Part shown: positions 37,586 through 47,814 of the stretch, in pieces
Layout of the letters: each line of letters begins with the position of its first letter
Numbering within the stretch: the stretch's first letter is position 1
Notes under the pieces: generated by a model
Told to the model about the DNA's origin: nothing
Database searches by the model: none
What the model saw: the letters and a program-made list of their open reading frames with translations, nothing else
Program-made: the position numbers and the translations under genes
Assembly: GCA_964590105.1 (NCBI GenBank)
Contig: CAZPYM010000001.1
Coordinates: 236,746-300,745, forward strand
Origin: an uncultured Gammaproteobacteria bacterium
Lineage (GTDB): Bacteria > Patescibacteriota > Patescibacteriia > UBA11705 > JABHMO01
Length of the DNA stretch: 64,000 nt
Direction: 5' to 3'

Positions 37586-38752
37586 ATGCCTAGCAGAGAA
37601 AAATTTCTTATCTTTGGAAGCCCGTTAATTGAAGAAAATGAAATCAATGAAGTTATCCAAACAATGCGATCAGGCTGGCTCGGCACTGGACCAAAAACAG
37701 CGCAATTTGAGCAAATGATAAAAGATTATGTCGGCAGTAAATATGCAATGGCGGTTAATTCGTGTACTGCTGGTCTGCACCTCTCACTAATTAGCGCCGG
37801 GATTAAACCTGGCGATGAAGTGATTACTACCCCAATGACTTTCGCAGCGACGGCTAATGTTATTTGCCATGTCGGGGCAAAGCCAGTATTTGCGGATGTG
37901 GATCGCGCGACTATGAATATCGACCCCAAAGAAATTGAAAAGAAAATCACTGACAAAACAAAGGCGATACTTCCGGTACACTTGGCTGGCCGCGCCTGTG
38001 ACATGGATGCAATCATTGCTCTTGCTCAAAAGTACAATTTAAAATTAATCAATGATGCGGCTCATTCACTTGAAACTGAATATCATGGCCAAAAAATTGG
38101 TCGTTTCGGCGATTTAACATCTTTTAGTTTTTATGTTACAAAAAATATTACTACCGTCGAAGGCGGTATGATAGTAACCGACAATGAAGAATTTGCCGAA
38201 AAAATTAAGGTTTATGCATTGCACGGCATGAGCAAAGATGCTTGGAAACGATTTTCCGATGAGGGTTATAAACATTACCAAGTAATCTTTCCTGGTTTTA
38301 AATACAATATGACTGATATGCAAGCCAGCATGGGCATTCACCAATTAAAACGCATAGACCAATGCTCAGCAAGGCGCAGGGAGCTTTGGGACAAATATAA
38401 TGATGTTTTCAAGGATTTACCATGTTTTATTCCCGCGCCCGTTGAAGTAAACACTAGACATGCATATCATCTATATACATTACTGGTTGATTTAGAAAAA
38501 TTAACAGTTGACAGAGACGCTATCATGAATGCTCTACACAAAGAAAATATCGGCACAGGAGTGCATTATACGGCGTTGCACCTGCATCCATATTATTCCA
38601 ATACCTATGGCTATAAACGAGGCGATTTTCCTAATGCAGAATTTATTTCCGATCGAACATTATCTATACCTTTTTCACCGAAATTAACTGAACAGGACGC
38701 AGAGGATGTTATAAACGCTGTTAGCTTAGTTTTAAATCGATATAAAAAATAG
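37586..38752 (+). CDS. DegT/DnrJ/EryC1-family PLP-dependent sugar aminotransferase
   Basis: 'AMAVNSCTAGLHLSL' and 'SFSFYVTKNITTVEGG' (Lys) motifs. Confidence 0.8.
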   Translation: MPSREKFLIFGSPLIEENEINEVIQTMRSGWLGTGPKTAQFEQMIKDYVGSKYAMAVNSCTAGLHLSLISAGIKPGDEVITTPMTFAATANVICHVGAKPVFADVDRATMNIDPKEIEKKITDKTKAILPVHLAGRACDMDAIIALAQKYNLKLINDAAHSLETEYHGQKIGRFGDLTSFSFYVTKNITTVEGGMIVTDNEEFAEKIKVYALHGMSKDAWKRFSDEGYKHYQVIFPGFKYNMTDMQASMGIHQLKRIDQCSARRRELWDKYNDVFKDLPCFIPAPVEVNTRHAYHLYTLLVDLEKLTVDRDAIMNALHKENIGTGVHYTALHLHPYYSNTYGYKRGDFPNAEFISDRTLSIPFSPKLTEQDAEDVINAVSLVLNRYKK

Positions 38753-38762
38753 TTGCAATCTT

Positions 38763-39482
38763 ATGGAATATAATATTTCAATTATCATTGCCTGTTACAA
38801 CGAGGAACCGTTATTGGAGCAAAGCGTAAAAGAACTGCGCAAAGTGATGGATCAAACACGATATTCATATGAATTAATATTCGTCGATGATTGTAGTCGC
38901 GATCAGACAAGAGCTATCATAATCAATCTGGTCAAAGATTTACCAAACGCACGGTATTTATTTCATGAAAAGAATAAAGGCCGGGGCGGTACTGTTGCAG
39001 ATGGATTAAGACTAGCAACTGGTAAAGTTGCGGGATTTCTTGATATTGATCTAGAAGTTCATGCTAGATATCTTCCCTCAATGATAGGGGCAATCCTGGA
39101 AGGTTATGACGTAGCCACTGGATATCGATTTTACAAAGTAGATATGTCTCCGATTCCTTTCTTCCGTCACATATTAAGTATCGGCTATCGCAAATTAATG
39201 AAATTTATGCTTAAACTGCCATTATATGACACTGAAACAGGTTATAAGTTTTTTAACAGAGAAAAGATTCTGCCTATTCTTGATAAATGTAAAAATTCAG
39301 GTTGGTTTTGGGATACTGAAATCATGGCCCTTTCATACTATGCAGGTTTGAAAATAATTGAAATACCATGTCTTTTCTTGCGTCGACTTGATAAAGTAAG
39401 CAGCGTTAATATATTTAAGGACAGTTATGACTATTTTATTGAATTAAGAAAGTTTAGAAATGTTATAAACAAACAAAATTAA
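38763..39482 (+). CDS. GT2 family glycosyltransferase
   Basis: 'IIACYNEEP' and 'FVDDCSRDQT' motifs. Confidence 0.7.
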   Translation: MEYNISIIIACYNEEPLLEQSVKELRKVMDQTRYSYELIFVDDCSRDQTRAIIINLVKDLPNARYLFHEKNKGRGGTVADGLRLATGKVAGFLDIDLEVHARYLPSMIGAILEGYDVATGYRFYKVDMSPIPFFRHILSIGYRKLMKFMLKLPLYDTETGYKFFNREKILPILDKCKNSGWFWDTEIMALSYYAGLKIIEIPCLFLRRLDKVSSVNIFKDSYDYFIELRKFRNVINKQN

Positions 39483-39483
39483 T

Positions 39484-39690
39484 ATGGGGTTTGATGTTAA
39501 TGGAATTAAATTTTTACTAAAAGCAAGGAATTGTGGCGTTAATTTTATAGAAACCGCGACAATCGGACGGCAACATTTATGTTTGAATCCATCGGCATTG
39601 TCTGATAATTTAAAGTCTTTGAATATCCGCGTCGATAATGATCAAATCAACACTGGCGCTCTGCGAGAAAAATTCTTCCGGAAAATCTAA
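39484..39690 (+). CDS. Hypothetical small protein
   Basis: ORF only. Confidence 0.2.
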   Translation: MGFDVNGIKFLLKARNCGVNFIETATIGRQHLCLNPSALSDNLKSLNIRVDNDQINTGALREKFFRKI

Positions 39691-39789
39691 AAGACGCGGC
39701 GCACACTATTCGATATGCTGTTAGGGCTGGAAGCCGATTTGATCCAAAATTTTTTATAAAAGAAAAATAAAAATAAATTTGCGAATACT

Positions 39790-40524
39790 ATGGAGAAACT
39801 AGCATATGACAAAACATTTGAATTTGAAGAAGATTATTGGTGGTTTGTTGGCCGACGAAAAATAGTTTTCAATGAATTAAAAAAAATCACAAAAAGATTA
39901 GCGAATGCGGTGTTAGTTGATGTTGGCTGTGGGACAGGAATTACGCTAGAATTAGCAACAGGTTTTAGCAAAGAAATTGGTATAGATTTTTCCGAAGAAG
40001 CGCTTCGTTACGCGAGAACGCGCAATTGTGGCGAATTGGTTTGTGGCGATATTTATAAATTGCCAGTTGCCGACAATGCCGCAGATTGCATTTTAATGAT
40101 GGATGTCTTGGAGCATCTAGACGATGAAGCACGCGCGCTCGGAGAAGCGTTAAGAATTTGTAAAAGCGGGGGGTGGATAATCTTGACCGTACCAGCTTAT
40201 CAATTTCTTTGGGGCGGAGAGGATGAAATTTCAATGCATAAACGGCGGTACACAAAAGCTAGATTATTTGAGGCGGTACGAAATTCAGGATGGCAAATCG
40301 AACGCATATCGTATTTTAACACGATATTATTCCCGATTATTTGTTCGATTTTGTTTTTTAATAAACTTTTTTGCCCTAGGGCTAGGCACGAATCAAACCT
40401 AAAAGAATTGTCAGCAGTAGTTAATATTGCTCTGACCAAAATTTTTCTATTTGAGGCGCGGTTATTAAAAAAAATAAATTTTTTGTTTGGAGCATCATTG
40501 ATTTGCGTTGCTAAAAAGAGATGA
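39790..40524 (+). CDS. Class I SAM-dependent methyltransferase
   Basis: 'LVDVGCGTGITLELA' motif I and 'ILMMDVLEHLDD' motif. Confidence 0.7.
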   Translation: MEKLAYDKTFEFEEDYWWFVGRRKIVFNELKKITKRLANAVLVDVGCGTGITLELATGFSKEIGIDFSEEALRYARTRNCGELVCGDIYKLPVADNAADCILMMDVLEHLDDEARALGEALRICKSGGWIILTVPAYQFLWGGEDEISMHKRRYTKARLFEAVRNSGWQIERISYFNTILFPIICSILFFNKLFCPRARHESNLKELSAVVNIALTKIFLFEARLLKKINFLFGASLICVAKKR

Positions 40525-42079
40525 TATGTGGCAATATATTATTTGGACAGTAGTGATATTTCCGCTATATTTGACGATAAGATGGTCATATTTTAAGTTA
40601 CCCATTGGGCCGGATGCTGGTTTTTATATTTCAAACAATACGATTGTCAACAAAAAAATTAATTTTTCAAAAGGGTGGAACGCACATTATGCTGCATGCA
40701 GTAAATTGATTGTTGAATATTTCTACAGTTTGATTTATCTGTGGTTTGGCAAAAAACGGTATAAGCTGGTTTCGCGTTTTGTTTTTTCTATTTACAATTA
40801 TATTACGGCCATTGGTGTCGGTGCGATAGTGTATTATATAGCAGACAAGAGCTTGCTCGCGTTTATTTTGGGCCTAGTTGTTTACGCTCTCGTCTCGTCT
40901 GAACCACACTATGGAATTTATTTTGAAAGCGGTGATCAATTCGAAACATTGTTCATGACATTTGGTAGTTTATTGCTAATAATCGGTCTTCCTTCACAAA
41001 ACATATATTTATTATCAATGGGATTAGGCATATGGTTTTTAAATGCGTATTTAATAAAAATAACAAGCCTGTCGGCCGCTATTATTCTTTGCTTCGGAAT
41101 AATAATGTTCGTTCCGGAAATGCTTTTTCCCAGTATTATCATTATTTTGTGCACCTCATCGCTTTATATGTTTATAATCAATTTTTCCGGACAAGCGTTC
41201 ACTAGCTTTTATCGATCAGCGCTACGGCATGAAATATCATATTGCAAGCGCATTAGCTTTATGAAAAAAATTTCGCTGTTAATGGCTCCGTTTGTCCGAA
41301 TCTTACAAAAGACAAAACAAACAATAAGAATTATGCTAATCAATCCTTTAATTCCGGCACTAGCCATATTTGGACTGTGTCAGATTTTATTTATTATTTC
41401 TCCCGAAATACGTGGACTCCTCGGGTTATGCTTTTTGGCAATAATCATAAAATTTTATGTCAGTTTAACTCCAATTTGGTATTATAATATTCCCTTTCTA
41501 CCATATGTCGCCAGTCTCGCGGCCATCGCGACTCTCAAAATAATCCAATGGGGGCAATTTGGAATTATTTTTTTAACATTGCTTTTATTAATTTGGATAT
41601 ATATAAATATCATCAAAGTATTCATTAAAGATAAAAAGATTCTAAATGATTACGTTTGGAAGATTCAATCAAGGGACGTAGGAACGCTTAATTATGTACT
41701 TGAGAACATTTGTTTGGATTTGCAAAAGATCGTAAAACAAAGCTCGTTATTTATTTATGGTTTAACACAGCAACCATATCTCTTGCTTGGCACTGGATAT
41801 GTCTTACCCTTCCCGAATGCGGCTAGTTTCGTGGCCAATATGGATGGCAATTTTATGAATAGACTAAACCGAAGTTTATTTAAAATCCCCCCTGATTACA
41901 TTTTTGAGATGTTTAATACGTGCAACCTAGAATCTCTTTATAATAACCTTGGATTGCGCTACGAAAAGATTGGGAATTGGCAACAAAGATTTAATTTATA
42001 TAAATTTATTAGACGCGAAGCAGTAGAACCATTCTTTAATTTCAATTGCTTGCGCGATCCGCAAAACTATGAATTTTAA
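40508..42079 (+). CDS. Polytopic membrane protein
   Basis: Multiple TM helices. Confidence 0.3.
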   Translation: MLKRDDMWQYIIWTVVIFPLYLTIRWSYFKLPIGPDAGFYISNNTIVNKKINFSKGWNAHYAACSKLIVEYFYSLIYLWFGKKRYKLVSRFVFSIYNYITAIGVGAIVYYIADKSLLAFILGLVVYALVSSEPHYGIYFESGDQFETLFMTFGSLLLIIGLPSQNIYLLSMGLGIWFLNAYLIKITSLSAAIILCFGIIMFVPEMLFPSIIIILCTSSLYMFIINFSGQAFTSFYRSALRHEISYCKRISFMKKISLLMAPFVRILQKTKQTIRIMLINPLIPALAIFGLCQILFIISPEIRGLLGLCFLAIIIKFYVSLTPIWYYNIPFLPYVASLAAIATLKIIQWGQFGIIFLTLLLLIWIYINIIKVFIKDKKILNDYVWKIQSRDVGTLNYVLENICLDLQKIVKQSSLFIYGLTQQPYLLLGTGYVLPFPNAASFVANMDGNFMNRLNRSLFKIPPDYIFEMFNTCNLESLYNNLGLRYEKIGNWQQRFNLYKFIRREAVEPFFNFNCLRDPQNYEF

Positions 42080-43043
42080 TCGCACTACAATCATTGACAA
42101 TCTGCGGTCGATCAAACGTCGACTTATGTTTCTAAAATGTTATCCTTCATTTAGAAGACTGGCTAAGGAAAAAAAATATCAGCTTGAGAATTTTGAATTA
42201 TCAAAAAGCAGTTTTAATGAAAAATACATGCAATTAAAGCAGCATGACATAAGCCAATTGACAACGAACTGCTGGCAAGAATACAATGAAAAATTTGAAA
42301 AAGTCTTTTTGCCCGAACCGCCATTTTTATTTTTACGCAATTCCATGATACTCAAGACAATGTTTGTCTCAGCCGGCGGGAAATGGCTGGAAAGCGAACT
42401 CTTGTTCCTGGAAAAAACATTTGACAGAAAAATATTGAAAAAACTTTTAGAAGAAGATTTTATTGGCGGACCAATTATCCAAAACAATAAATACCAGACA
42501 TCGCACAATAGTATTCACCAGTTGTATCACTTGGGTAGATTTTTATCGAGCACAAAATGCGATTTAGCTCAAATTACATCAGTTATTGATTGGGGCGGTG
42601 GCTATGGCAACTTGGCCAAAATATTTAAACGGTTAAAATCCAATAATTTAACTTATACTATTATAGACACTCCGATGTTTAGTTGCCTCCAGTGGCTGTA
42701 TCTATCTTCAGTTTTTGGTGCAGAAAATGTTCATTTCATTTCAAATCAAACTGATTCGCTCCGCAAAGGGCTAATAAATATTCTTCCGCTTTGTTATTTG
42801 TCGAACCGAGAAATAAGTGCTGATTTATTTTTGTCCACTTGGGCGATTAGTGAAAGCTCAACTCAGTCGCAAAATTATGTTATCCGCACTAACTGGTTCA
42901 ACGCCCCGCATTTATTAATTGGTTATCAACAACAAAATAAAAAAATTACTGACACAGGCAAGATAGGAGAGTTAGCCTCAACCATTGGTGCCCGAAAAGA
43001 ACCCATGAAATTTTTACCTGGCAACTATTATTTATTTAGATAG
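42069..43043 (+). CDS. Hypothetical protein, possible SAM-binding (methyltransferase-like)
   Basis: 'VIDWGGGYGNLAKI' is a glycine-rich loop reminiscent of MTase motif I. Confidence 0.25.
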   Translation: MNFNRTTIIDNLRSIKRRLMFLKCYPSFRRLAKEKKYQLENFELSKSSFNEKYMQLKQHDISQLTTNCWQEYNEKFEKVFLPEPPFLFLRNSMILKTMFVSAGGKWLESELLFLEKTFDRKILKKLLEEDFIGGPIIQNNKYQTSHNSIHQLYHLGRFLSSTKCDLAQITSVIDWGGGYGNLAKIFKRLKSNNLTYTIIDTPMFSCLQWLYLSSVFGAENVHFISNQTDSLRKGLINILPLCYLSNREISADLFLSTWAISESSTQSQNYVIRTNWFNAPHLLIGYQQQNKKITDTGKIGELASTIGARKEPMKFLPGNYYLFR

Positions 43044-43054
43044 ATTATTTTCAA

Positions 43055-44449
43055 ATGATTAACAACATTCAAAAATTTAAGGCAAAAACTGGACTGATCT
43101 GGAGTCTTTTGTTTGGCTGGGCTTTGGCAATAGGTTTGTTGTGGCCGGGAGAAGAGCCTTCAAAAATCAATACGCTAATTGTAATAGGTATAGTTTTTAG
43201 TTTGGCATACACTATCATTACTTTGGCTTATCGATCCAAAATTATCAAGTCAAAAATTTACTGGATGGTTGTTTTCATGATTATGATGACGCTTGTTGTA
43301 ATTGTTTTGCAATTTATTTTGACTGGCTCTGATATCGGCCATCGTGAGATTGAAGGTTTTGATCCTGTCCGTTATGATTACGAAGCCAAAATCGCCGTTG
43401 AAAATAATTGGGACTTTACGGCAGCGAAAGGCAGCTATAATTTTCTAGGCGTAATTTATTATATCGCCGGTATTTATTGGTTATTCGGTGTCAGTACTTT
43501 ATATGTAAGCCTTTTTAACTTACTTTTTGTTTTAACCGGCTTTCTCGCAGTTACGAAAATTTTAGTTGATCAAACGAATGAAATTCAGCCATGGCAAAAA
43601 ATGGCCTGGGGGATGTTAATTCCGAGTGTAATATATTATGCCGCGCTAACATCAAAGGATATTCTGACCATGTCTCTAATTGCAATTATTTTATGCCTGG
43701 TAAACAGGTTACTCAATAAAAAAAAATTATTGCTATTGCTCTATTTAGCTATTTGCAGTGGGGCACTCATTATGATTCGAGCCAGCGCCTTAATTATTGT
43801 CATTATTGTCACAGCTTATATAATCCTCTTTATGAGAAAGAACAAAAAGTTTGTTATTTACGCTTTATTTATACTAATTATTTTATCGATTATCGCACTA
43901 CAACTCGCGCCTATAATAACCGAACAATTAGGCGGGACACCGTTTAGGATTTCAACGTTATTAGCGCTTGAACCAAAAATAAAAATGGCGGAGGAATTAA
44001 GTACCAAGGGCTCATTGAATCTATTGTTCACCCCAAAAACATATATTCAGGTTGTACTTTTTATGCCAATCCGAGCCCTATTCTTATTGATTGCGCCTTT
44101 CCCTAATATCTGGATCTTGGGCAGTTCATCAAAAATAAAATTTGATGTTTTAAGCCTTTGGTTAATTCTATTATATCTACCAGCTTTGTTTGCCGCAACT
44201 ATTTCAAGAAAAATCCGCAAACTAGATATTTATAAATTTATTGTTATTCCATTTTGGTTAATGCTGATTACAATTGCTACAGCCCTATTCATTATTCATG
44301 AACGTTACCGCCTAATGTTTATGCCTCTCTGGTTTGCCGCCATCCTTCTCGCTTTTCACTATGATAATCCGCGAAAATATATTTTTTTATCATTGGCTTT
44401 TATTGTCTCTGGTGCGATTTTCTATGCTTTACTGAAATTAGTAGCTTAA
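43055..44449 (+). CDS. Polytopic membrane protein (possible Wzy-like polymerase/ligase)
   Basis: Ten or more TM helices. Confidence 0.3.
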   Translation: MINNIQKFKAKTGLIWSLLFGWALAIGLLWPGEEPSKINTLIVIGIVFSLAYTIITLAYRSKIIKSKIYWMVVFMIMMTLVVIVLQFILTGSDIGHREIEGFDPVRYDYEAKIAVENNWDFTAAKGSYNFLGVIYYIAGIYWLFGVSTLYVSLFNLLFVLTGFLAVTKILVDQTNEIQPWQKMAWGMLIPSVIYYAALTSKDILTMSLIAIILCLVNRLLNKKKLLLLLYLAICSGALIMIRASALIIVIIVTAYIILFMRKNKKFVIYALFILIILSIIALQLAPIITEQLGGTPFRISTLLALEPKIKMAEELSTKGSLNLLFTPKTYIQVVLFMPIRALFLLIAPFPNIWILGSSSKIKFDVLSLWLILLYLPALFAATISRKIRKLDIYKFIVIPFWLMLITIATALFIIHERYRLMFMPLWFAAILLAFHYDNPRKYIFLSLAFIVSGAIFYALLKLVA

Positions 44450-44569
44450 AGTGCTTATATATGATCAATCTTTGAAACACGTTTCAATAACAATTAATTT
44501 ATTTTTGGGTGGATTAATCTTATATCCTTTATTTTAAAAAAATGACCTAATTTATAATAATTCTAAAAT

Positions 44570-45349
44570 ATGAACTTGAACAAATTATTCAATCTTCTAC
44601 CAGCTCAAAATCAATTCCTTTTTCGTTTTTGTAGGAAATATGTAAATCGTTATAAGAATGAAAACAATAATAACATGCGCACTAACGGAGAACTAACTTT
44701 CATGAAGAAATATTTACTATCCAGTAAAATGGTAATGGATATTGGCGCAAACATTGGGGAATGGACAACGCTAGCTTTGCAAATAAACCCCAATGCTTCT
44801 ATACATTGCTTTGAACCCAGCCAGCCAACATTTGAGAAATTGAAAGAAAATGTTCCAGCATCAGTAGCCTGTAATAATTTTGGCCTTGGCTCAAGAAATG
44901 AACAAAAAGAATTTTTTGTTTTTGATAATTTAGCCACAACCAATTCTTTGTATGAACGGCATGGCCTAGAAGATGGTTGGGGGAAAAAACCACAAACTAA
45001 AAACGAAATTGTGCAAATCAGAACCATAGATGATTATTGTCAAAAAAATAATATTGAAAAAATAGATTTTTTAAAAATCGATACAGAAGGACACGAATTG
45101 GAAGTATTAAAAGGCGCTAAGCAGTTATTATCAAATAAAGTAATTAAAATTATTTATTTTGAATATGGTGGTTGTTATATTGATGCTCGTATCCTATTAA
45201 AAGATATTTTTGAATATATTGATGAATTCTCAAATTACAGAATATACAAAATTCTTCCTAATGCTATTCAATTAATACGAAGATATGATCAACGTTTAGA
45301 AAACTTTCAATATGCTAACTATGCAGTAATAGATAAAAATATAATTTAA
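44570..45349 (+). CDS. FkbM-family methyltransferase
   Basis: 'MDIGANIGEWT' and 'IDFLKIDTEGHELEVLKGA' FkbM signatures. Confidence 0.75.
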   Translation: MNLNKLFNLLPAQNQFLFRFCRKYVNRYKNENNNNMRTNGELTFMKKYLLSSKMVMDIGANIGEWTTLALQINPNASIHCFEPSQPTFEKLKENVPASVACNNFGLGSRNEQKEFFVFDNLATTNSLYERHGLEDGWGKKPQTKNEIVQIRTIDDYCQKNNIEKIDFLKIDTEGHELEVLKGAKQLLSNKVIKIIYFEYGGCYIDARILLKDIFEYIDEFSNYRIYKILPNAIQLIRRYDQRLENFQYANYAVIDKNII

Positions 45350-45463
45350 AGTTTCAGTTAATTAAAAAACTAGGTTTAAATCGGATTTGACAACAGAATC
45401 CAAAAGCATAATTAAGGAGTCAGTATTCAAATTTAGCAATTAGTTAATAAATATCAAAAAATT

Positions 45464-46618
45464 ATGACGCAAAACGAAAAAAAAGGGAAAATTTTATTTG
45501 CCGGTAATTTTGAGTACAAATTTAGGGAATTTGCAATGGCTAAAGCGTTAAATGACTTGGGGTGGCAAATTGATTATTTCTCTTGGAAAGATTATAAGCC
45601 TAACTCATTTTTAATAAAAATTTTATTTAAATATTTAATAGGTCCTACGATAAAAAAAATAAATTCAGACCTTTTGAAAAAATGCAAAGAAATAAAGCCA
45701 GATATTGTTTTTTTGTATCGTCCATTGCACATACGACCAAAAACAATTAAAAGGATAAAGCAATATTGTCGGTTAATCACAACTTGGAACCCAGATAATG
45801 TTTTTGGCGGATATAATTACAAATCAGCTTGGCAATATAAACCTACAGGCAAATATCGGTTGCTTGCGCCAATTATTTGGTGCGAAAAAACGCTTTTCTT
45901 TAAACGCATCTGGATCAACGTTCTGAAATCTTTACCTTTGTATGATTTTTGTTTTGTATATAGAGCTGAAAATATTGCTAAATATAAAGAGGCTGGGGCG
46001 AAAGAAGTTTATCACTTGCCATCGTTCTATGATCCGCAGACACATCGTCCAGTAGCCTTGTCGAAGGAGGAGCAGGGAATCTTTAATTCAGATGTTATAT
46101 TCATTGGTCATTATGAACCTGATGAAAGAATGGAATATATTGAGGCACTATTGGATAATGAAATAAAAGTGAAGCTTAAAGGAGAAGGTTGGGATCCTTA
46201 TCTGTCGTTAAAGCTGAAGAAGACGTTTGGCTCGAAAATCCAACCTGTTTTTGGCGAAAATTATATTAAAACGATTTCCGGCACTAAAATTGCACTATGT
46301 TTTCTTTCAAAATTAAACAAGAATCAATATACGCGTAGATGCTTTGAAATTCCCGCTTGCCAAACATTTCTCTTATGTGAACGTACCGAGATATTAAAGC
46401 AGTTATACGAAGAAGACAAAGAAGCGGTTTATTTTTCTAACAAAGGCGAACTTATCACAAAAACAAAATATTACTTATCCCACCCAGAAGATAGAGAAAA
46501 GATTGCTTTAGCTGGTTATCAACGTTGTATTTCCTCTGGCTATGATGTAAAAAATAGAATGAAAATCTGTGATAAAATTTTTACGGCAAAATTGAATCCA
46601 ACTAAATCTTTATCATAA
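45464..46618 (+). CDS. CgeB-like glycosyltransferase-family protein (DUF3880/Glyco_trans_1_2-like)
   Basis: Architecture and C-terminal GT-B-like segment. Confidence 0.35.
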   Translation: MTQNEKKGKILFAGNFEYKFREFAMAKALNDLGWQIDYFSWKDYKPNSFLIKILFKYLIGPTIKKINSDLLKKCKEIKPDIVFLYRPLHIRPKTIKRIKQYCRLITTWNPDNVFGGYNYKSAWQYKPTGKYRLLAPIIWCEKTLFFKRIWINVLKSLPLYDFCFVYRAENIAKYKEAGAKEVYHLPSFYDPQTHRPVALSKEEQGIFNSDVIFIGHYEPDERMEYIEALLDNEIKVKLKGEGWDPYLSLKLKKTFGSKIQPVFGENYIKTISGTKIALCFLSKLNKNQYTRRCFEIPACQTFLLCERTEILKQLYEEDKEAVYFSNKGELITKTKYYLSHPEDREKIALAGYQRCISSGYDVKNRMKICDKIFTAKLNPTKSLS

Positions 46619-46635
46619 TGCTTCAAAAGTAAAAC

Positions 46636-47814
46636 ATGGCCCTTCAACGCATTAAAAACAATCTAAAAAAAATCAGCTTTATAAATGCGGCTAATTCTTT
46701 TATTAAAACTTTACAGCAAGACAAATACATGATAAATGATGTGGAAAATTACAAACAACTTGCTAAAAAGAATAATATTGATATTTTAGATAAAAAACAA
46801 GTAGCAATTGCCTTAAAGGAACGTTTAGAAAATAAAAATATTTTTCCAACGGCAAAAACAAAAGGAAATTTAAATATTTTTTTACTTTATAGTGTTTCTA
46901 ACTGGGAATCAGTTTTACTTTCATCATTAAAAAATTTTGGGGATCTCAATGTTTTTGATTGGAAGGAACGCGGGTTTAACGTAACTGACAACAAGGATCC
47001 AGTCTTGCGCGAAAAATTAAATTCAGAATTACTGGAAGAAATTAAAAAACAACATAGCATTGTGCCCATTGACATTTTGGTTGGCTATTTTACAAATAAG
47101 GCCATTTTACCAAAAACATTGAAAGAAATTTCTAAACTAGGAATCATCATTATTAATTTTAATCTAGATGATAAATTATGGTTTAGGAATGTAAAAAACC
47201 TTGTTCCCTATATTGATCTAAACCTAACTAATGTACCAGATTGTTTTGTTAAATATTTCGCATGTGGAGGATTAGCAACCTTTTGGCCGTCTGGTGGGGA
47301 GCCGTCCATACATAAACCATACGATATTGCTTTTAAATACGATGTGTCATTTATTGGAAAAAAATATGGCTGGAGACCACAGTTTATCAATAAACTTAAA
47401 AAACAGGGAATAACTATTGCTACTTTTGGATCAGGCTGGGGTAATAAATATTTAACAAACGAGGAAGTTGTTAAATTATATTCGGAAAGCAGGATAAATC
47501 TTGGTTTTGGCGGTATTGCTCACTCAAAGAAATTGCGATGTATTAAAGGAAGAGATTTTGAAGTTACCATGAGTGGTGGATTGTATCTAACGCAACATAA
47601 TCCGGAATTAGCCCTAGTTTACAAGGTTGGAGAAGAAATTTTAACCTATAAAGATGCAATTGATTGCGCAAAAAAAATAAAATACTATTTAGCAAATCCA
47701 GATGAAGCAGAAAAAATTAGACTTGCTGGACGAAAAAGAGCGCTAAAAGAACATACTTGGGAAAATCGTTTTAAAGATATTTTCCTCCTATTAAAAATAT
47801 TAAAAAACAATTGA
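46636..47814 (+). CDS. CgeB-like glycosyltransferase-family protein, second copy
   Basis: Similar architecture to the preceding gene (tandem paralogues). Confidence 0.35.
   Translation: MALQRIKNNLKKISFINAANSFIKTLQQDKYMINDVENYKQLAKKNNIDILDKKQVAIALKERLENKNIFPTAKTKGNLNIFLLYSVSNWESVLLSSLKNFGDLNVFDWKERGFNVTDNKDPVLREKLNSELLEEIKKQHSIVPIDILVGYFTNKAILPKTLKEISKLGIIIINFNLDDKLWFRNVKNLVPYIDLNLTNVPDCFVKYFACGGLATFWPSGGEPSIHKPYDIAFKYDVSFIGKKYGWRPQFINKLKKQGITIATFGSGWGNKYLTNEEVVKLYSESRINLGFGGIAHSKKLRCIKGRDFEVTMSGGLYLTQHNPELALVYKVGEEILTYKDAIDCAKKIKYYLANPDEAEKIRLAGRKRALKEHTWENRFKDIFLLLKILKNN

Noticed and set aside
39484-39690. 68-aa ORF as N-terminal fragment of a split methyltransferase
   Set aside because: Its sequence does not align convincingly to MTase motif I. 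The downstream MTase (39790-40524) is complete on its own. It is kept only as a low-confidence hypothetical ORF.
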